A stretch of 32,000 nt of DNA from Candidatus Methanoperedens sp. (GTDB lineage: Archaea > Halobacteriota > Methanosarcinia > Methanosarcinales > Methanoperedenaceae): the NCBI GenBank assembly GCA_027460535.1, contig JAPZAR010000025.1:30001-62000 (forward strand), given 5' to 3'. The notes beneath the pieces are model-generated. The model made no database searches. It saw only the letters and a list, made by a program, of their open reading frames with translations, and was not told the origin of the DNA. Of this stretch, positions 27,663 through 32,000 are shown one piece after another. Position 1 is the first letter of the stretch, and each line of letters begins with the position of its first letter. Made by a program: the position numbers and the translations under genes.

Positions 27663-28075
27663 AAGTTTTTGTCGATACATCAATATTTGCGGATTGCCTC
27701 AGGTCAAACCCATTGCCTCTTCCAAAGATTTCTTTGTGAGTATTGAAGGGAAAAACAGTGGATTTACTTCTACTATCGTGGTAGCCGAGCTTAGTGTTGG
27801 CGCATATCTTTCACAGAGAGCAGATGCTCTGGACAAAACGCTTAGAATAATATCAGCAATCTCCATAATAGACCTAAACAAAGAAATCGCCCTCTTGGGA
27901 GGGAAAATGTACTCTGAACTGGTTAGGGATGGAAAAGAAATAGAATTGAATGACTGTTTGATTGCAGCAACCACATTATCTTCAGGAATAAAATAAATAG
28001 TAACAAGGAATATTGATCATTTTAATAAAATAAAAGGCTTAAAAGCAGTCACTCCGGAAGATTTGGGTTTTTTAA
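27659..28075 (+). pseudogene. PIN-domain (VapC) pseudogene: one frameshift and one in-frame TAA
   Basis: Frame a reads MKVFVDTSIFADCLRSNP...*, with a stop at 27737. Frame b, from about 27700, reads KPIASSKDFFVSIEGKNSGFTSTIVVAELSVGAY...IELNDCLIAATTLSSGIK, then TAA at 27994, then IVTRNIDHFNKIKGLKAVTPEDLGF. Joined together, these give a complete PIN pattern (DTS, AEL, DCLIAAT, VTRNxxHF). Confidence 0.65.
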
Positions 28076-28107
28076 TTCAAGGTACCTGCGCCCTCCTCAC
28101 CCAAACC

Positions 28108-28588
28108 CACAGCCCGCCCCTCCACCCGACGCCCGGCACCGTCCTTCGAGATTCCCGGCATCCCTGCACCCGCTCCACAACATTCAGGCTGCAAACCCTC
28201 AAAACCGAGCGCCGAACAGTCAAAAATAATGTTGCTATCACATTCCCAGACCCCGGCGCCGCCGCAAAATGCGATGAAACGCCCCAAAAATCTTCGCGCT
28301 CTCTGCGTCCTTCGCGGTGCACTCATCGACTAAAACCGCAAAGCCGGCTATGAACCGTGGTTCATAGATCTGAATGAAAAAGCCATCTGTGACGCAAGAA
28401 CACGGATTGCACGGATGACACTGATGCGTACGGATTAAAGGTATCCGTGAAAATCCGTCTAATCCGTGTCATCCGTGTTCGATGTCGTGGTATTATTCAT
28501 ACCAGAACGCAAAGCACAGCTTGCTAAAATCTTCAATCCGAGTTCATACGAGTTTGTAAGAGTTCGCTGTTAATCTAATGATAGATAG
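28108..28588 (+). repeat. Copy B of the ~480-bp hairpin-rich direct repeat
   Basis: See copy A. It starts within about 35 nt of the end of the vapC pseudogene. Confidence 0.9.
28398..28480. repeat. Heptamer array (copy B) CACGGAT x2 plus one TACGGAT variant / ATCCGT(G) x4
   Basis: Same arrangement as 25521-25603. The single difference is gcgCacggat to gcgTacggat. Confidence 0.9.
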
Positions 28589-28997
28589 AATGTAGGTAGA
28601 ATTTGTTATTTTTTTTCTCTTTTTTACGTCCCTCAGATACGACTTCCATCCTATCCTTATTTATATTTCGACTGCTGCTTCTTGACAAACAGCAATATTC
28701 TTATTTATCGTGGTATTGATTTCAATCTTCTCAATAGGTCTTTGATTACCCACCACTTTGAAATTATTATATAAATGTAAAGTTCTTCGATTTGATTGCC
28801 AGTGATACCTGCCTTAAATAATTTTATTCTTTCTTGTGCAGTTTCTCACATTGATTTATCTCCTATCGTATCCTATCTTAATCGAAACCATTTGTCTTTA
28901 CTATTTTTATTTTATTGGTCTGTTCTTCCGTATTTTTTCTAATATCTGCAATGAATAGTCTAACCTGCCATGTTCCGTCACTGTTGTGAGTACAACA

Positions 28998-29276
28998 TTA
29001 AGCACTATCTTCTTGCGCCACCTCAGCGGCTGCATGGGGTTTTGTGGATGGGGGTACAATATTACCCTGGGTTTCGCTCAGCATTTTTTCTATCATTTCA
29101 TCTGTGCTTAACAGGAATCGTACTCTCTCGATATCTATCTCCCCCAGGCTCTTCCATGAAGGCCAGTCATGGACAAGTTTTTCCTCGGGGAAAAACTTCA
29201 TTAGGATAGGTACTGCTCCCAAAGTCCTCTTGATATCTTTAAGCGTATCTTCATACGCTAACATTTCTTTTGTCAC
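28998..29276 (-). CDS. Short protein whose N-terminal half resembles carboxymuconolactone decarboxylase/AhpD-like family proteins; probably truncated or diverged
   Basis: YEDTLKDIKRTLGAVPILMKFFPEEKLVHDWPSWK resembles the N-terminus of CMD-family proteins (..ik..lG.vP.f.k.lp.e.l...W...k). The downstream CxxC-containing core is absent. Confidence 0.35.
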   Translation of the reverse strand: MTKEMLAYEDTLKDIKRTLGAVPILMKFFPEEKLVHDWPSWKSLGEIDIERVRFLLSTDEMIEKMLSETQGNIVPPSTKPHAAAEVAQEDSA

Positions 29277-29296
29277 CTGATCACCCCTTTTATAAA

Positions 29297-29316
29297 TTCA
29301 TGATATAAATCATGAA
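29297..29316. promoter_or_regulatory. Palindrome TTCATGAT-ATAA-ATCATGAA 20-40 nt upstream of the minus-strand 28998-29276 gene
   Basis: Read directly: 8-bp arms and a 4-nt AT spacer in an AT-rich promoter-like region. The function is inferred only. Confidence 0.3.
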
Positions 29317-29898
29317 TATTTATATTATAATAATAATGAGATTAATAGTTTTCGATAACAAAGCTGGTAATATATATGATAATAATCTTGTGATTTTTGG
29401 AAGTCTGATATCCAAAAGTAATTTGAAATGCAATCGAGTGACAACTTTTGAAGTCTATTGGGGTCTTCAGGTATTATATGGTTCATAAATGATTCTCTTT
29501 CACTGCACAACCGAAGCAAACGCTCATAATGAAAGAAGGCTTCATGCCAGATATGAAATACAATTGGCAGGTTAAGAGCAAACCAGGCTTTGTGTATATC
29601 AGTCTCGCATACGCTCCGTTCTATGCAAACGCAGCAGACAGCAAGAGCAGGGCGTTGATAAAGGTTGAGGTTAAAGAATCGGCGCTATATCAAGATTGAA
29701 TAAGGAATAATCTTTGCATGCACAGAGTTTAGGTGCAAGTGCGACTTTAAGTGAAGAGCCATTAAAATAAAAACCTTTATCATGCTGAACAATTTCTTTT
29801 CTTTAGGCATCAATTACCCAAATCTCTGGGATTGTATTTATCCAATCCTGTAACGACATCCTTAAGTTTAATCAGGATAATTCAGCCTGACCCACAAT

Positions 29899-30010
29899 GC
29901 GGGGGTAACCAAGCGGCCAAATCAGGGTTCTCCTGAACTTTGAGGCTAAAGGTGATAGACTCAAGATCTATTCTCGCAGGAGTTCAAGGGTTCAAATCCC
30001 TTCCCCCGCA
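29899..30010 (+). tRNA. tRNA-Leu (anticodon CAA), class II, with a ~29-nt insertion (putative non-canonical intron) in the D-loop
   Basis: GCGGGGG-TA-ACC-AAGCGGCCAAA-[TCAGGGTTCTCCTGAACTTTGAGGCTAAA]-GGT-G-ATAGA-CTCAAGA-TCTAT-TCTCGCAGGAGTTC-AAGGG-TTCAAAT-CCCTT-CCCCCGC-A. The acceptor, anticodon and T stems all pair. The 14-nt variable arm parallels archaeal tRNA-Leu. Without the bracketed segment the D-arm is normal and the tRNA is 83 nt. No CCA is encoded. Confidence 0.75.
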
Positions 30011-30013
30011 TAT

Positions 30014-31012
30014 TCATGACTCAAACAGCACGTTCTGGGATCCGCATTCACAGCATACTGCCGAGTCTATGAGCCCCCTGTTATCGCTGAACACTCCCAC
30101 TGCATAGTGCTCTATATCATATTGCTCTTTCATGATCTTATCAAGCCATTCTTCTTCATCCCTGGATTCCGGGCATCTTGATAAAATAAAAAACCTTTCC
30201 GTGAATTCCTTCTCGTTTCCACATTCCTGGCATGTTCTCGGGCCAAAAAATTTCCACGAATCTTCGAGTTCCTTTGAGTCACTGAGTTCCTTAATAGATA
30301 CTTCTCTTATCTCTATGGGTTTCGTGGCTTTTATCTCTTCTACCTTCTGTGCTGCCACGATAGCTTTTCTTGCCTCCTCATGGCGCTTCTCAAGCAGGCA
30401 GATCTCACCGCATGCGCGAAGCATATCCCGGGTCGGGGTCCTTTTGGCCAATGCGTAGGCTTCAAGGCCTGGAGTGGTTTGTCCCATACTGAAACACCTG
30501 TTACCGCATATTATAAGCAAGGATTCCGGTGGAGTCTTGTTCGCTAATTTGTAGGCTTCTAAACCAGGATGGAGTTGCCCTTCCTTAAAGCACAGGTTGC
30601 CGCATATAATGAGTTCTTCTTCCGGCGGCGCCTCTTCAACAAGCTTGTAGGCTTCCAGGGCAGGAACGAGTTTTCCTTTAAGCAGGCAATCCTTTCCGAT
30701 CATGACGATTTTTTCCTTAGGAAGCGGCATCCCGATCAATTTAGATGCCTCTATGGCGGAGTATATCCGTCCTTCGTCAAGATATTTATTAACATAACCT
30801 TCAAGGATTTTTTTTGGAATCTCTATATCGGCAGCTTTGGAGCCTTTTAAAGCTTTGGACATCCACCCTTTCTGAAGATACCTGTAAATGCAACTTCTGA
30901 GTTCCTCATTTGAAAGCGGCATTCCAGTGACTCTGGATGTTTCTATGGCTTCAGACATCCGCCCTTCTTCAAGGCATTTTTTTATATATGCATTAACTTT
31001 TTCCTGGCTCAT
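30014..31012 (-). CDS. Hypothetical protein: ~7 tandem 32-36-aa helical repeats plus C-terminal split zinc ribbon
   Basis: Repeats include VNAYIKKCLEEGRMSEAIETSRVTGMPL, VNKYLDEGRIYSAIEASKLIGMPL, IICGNLCFKEGQLHPGLEAYKLANKTPPE and IICGNRCFSMGQTTPGLEAYALAKRTPT. The C-terminal domain has CQECGN...CCECGS. I recognise no family. Confidence 0.6.
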   Translation of the reverse strand: MSQEKVNAYIKKCLEEGRMSEAIETSRVTGMPLSNEELRSCIYRYLQKGWMSKALKGSKAADIEIPKKILEGYVNKYLDEGRIYSAIEASKLIGMPLPKEKIVMIGKDCLLKGKLVPALEAYKLVEEAPPEEELIICGNLCFKEGQLHPGLEAYKLANKTPPESLLIICGNRCFSMGQTTPGLEAYALAKRTPTRDMLRACGEICLLEKRHEEARKAIVAAQKVEEIKATKPIEIREVSIKELSDSKELEDSWKFFGPRTCQECGNEKEFTERFFILSRCPESRDEEEWLDKIMKEQYDIEHYAVGVFSDNRGLIDSAVCCECGSQNVLFES

Positions 31013-31264
31013 TTTCCATTTATTCTTAAATGTACGACTTCAAGTCAGTGCTGGTTATAATATATTATTAATCCGGCATATAGTGATAAAGTTTATGCAT
31101 GGCAAACACCTCCCAGAATTATTATGCATGTAGAGAGCTGATTAAGTGACGCAAATGGAAAAAGAAAGCCTGAATTTTCTTGATTGCGGGAATTGTCGCT
31201 TGGCGGATGGCATGAATCGATTTACAAACTACTCCCGGAACAATCTAAATGGAGGTGATTTCGC

Positions 31265-32000
31265 ATGGACGATGAACAATTCAGGATAAAAGATCTCGGG
31301 GTCATTATCAACCCTGCGGCAGGTGCTGGTAAGGCGGTCATTGAAAATGTGGCAGGCAAAGCCATTGAAATTTTCAGAGACTGTAATATTGTCCATCCAG
31401 CTCCCGGAAATGGGAGGGAAACCACGATACGCCTTGCAGGAGAGATCGCCACGAGGGTCGATGCTATTCTTGTGGTAGGAGGTGATGGAACGATGTCAGA
31501 CGTGGCTTACGGTCTTTTCATTGCAGGCGCACCCGTGCCCATCATTGGCATCGGGGCGGGCAGTACCAATGTCGGCCCTCTCATCTCTGTAAGACCACAT
31601 GAAATGGAAAGGCTTGATCCGTATGCACTCAAAATGCACGGGGTCGGAGGGATACAGGCAAGCCTGAATAAGGCCCGGATCGGACTTGGTTTTAATGATG
31701 TCGTTCTCGGCGATACCGTCCTTACAACTCTTGAAGGCCGCGTGATGCAGGTGAGCGCCGTAGAATTCATAAAAGGCAAAAAGAAACCTGCTGCTCCATT
31801 GAAATCGGGCAAAAAGGACTCTGAAATATGCATTGAGCGCCGGGATGAAGTTGTTGAAATTCATAAGGGGATTTTTGGTCAGATGTTCGCCGCCCCACTT
31901 GAGGAAAGGTATCTGGGTAAGGGACTTGCCGGCGGGACGTCGCTTGCAGCAGCCCTTGGTCTCCCGGCAGGTATTGCCATAACCAGCGAACCGATTATAA
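31265..32000 (+). CDS. NAD kinase / diacylglycerol kinase superfamily (GGDGT motif) protein, N-terminal 245 codons; runs off the right edge
   Basis: The ATG at 31265 has GGAGGTGA 7 nt upstream. It reads MDDEQFRIKDLGVIINPAAGAGKAV...VDAILVVGGDGTMSDVAYGL...IIGIGAGSTNVGPL, and the frame stays open to 32000. The minus-strand ORFs listed here are antisense artefacts. Confidence 0.7.
   Translation, partial: MDDEQFRIKDLGVIINPAAGAGKAVIENVAGKAIEIFRDCNIVHPAPGNGRETTIRLAGEIATRVDAILVVGGDGTMSDVAYGLFIAGAPVPIIGIGAGSTNVGPLISVRPHEMERLDPYALKMHGVGGIQASLNKARIGLGFNDVVLGDTVLTTLEGRVMQVSAVEFIKGKKKPAAPLKSGKKDSEICIERRDEVVEIHKGIFGQMFAAPLEERYLGKGLAGGTSLAAALGLPAGIAITSEPII

Noticed and set aside
29529-29699. 56-codon plus-strand ORF (MKEGFMPDMKYNWQVKSKPGFVYISLAYAPFYANAADSKSRALIKVEVKESALYQD)
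   Set aside because: It has no Shine-Dalgarno-like sequence or TATA at suitable spacing and no recognisable motif, and it is below the size where composition alone is convincing. I kept it only as a note in the finding on the non-coding stretch.

Overview
This is an archaeal chromosomal window from a methanogen or ANME-type organism, Methanosarcinales-like by gene content. Any closer assignment would be a guess.

Positions 1-24.47 kb are densely packed core genes:
- LonB (partial), an S2P/M50 protease with CBS domains, TraB and pyrH.
- A tightly coupled hdrC-hdrB-hdrA operon.
- A small membrane protein, an LplA-family ligase, larC and a DUF475/TerC-like protein.
- A secreted-N-terminus polyferredoxin-type membrane protein.
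- The complete mtrEDCBAFGH operon on the minus strand, then kup.
- A stand-alone Lrp/AsnC RAM-domain protein, followed by top6B-top6A.

Positions 24.47-29.9 kb are a small accessory patch between top6A and a tRNA-Leu(CAA) gene:
- An orphan hicB-like gene is start/stop-coupled to top6A and bracketed by a ~108-bp duplication of the top6A 3' end.
- Two ~480-bp near-identical, hairpin-rich direct repeats each carry a CACGGAT/ATCCGTG heptamer array.
- Between the repeats lie a PRiA4-ORF3-like zinc-ribbon protein, an intact vapBC-like pair and a decayed vapBC pair.
- The rest is gene fragments and AT-rich non-coding DNA.
- No integrase or transposase is visible in the window.

The tRNA-Leu carries a ~29-nt insertion in its D-loop, which may be a non-canonical intron. 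To its right are a helical-repeat/zinc-ribbon protein and a partial NAD-kinase/DAG-kinase-like gene.

All calls come from reading translations and motifs by eye. No searches were run. Motif coordinates were counted by hand and may be off by 1-2 nt.
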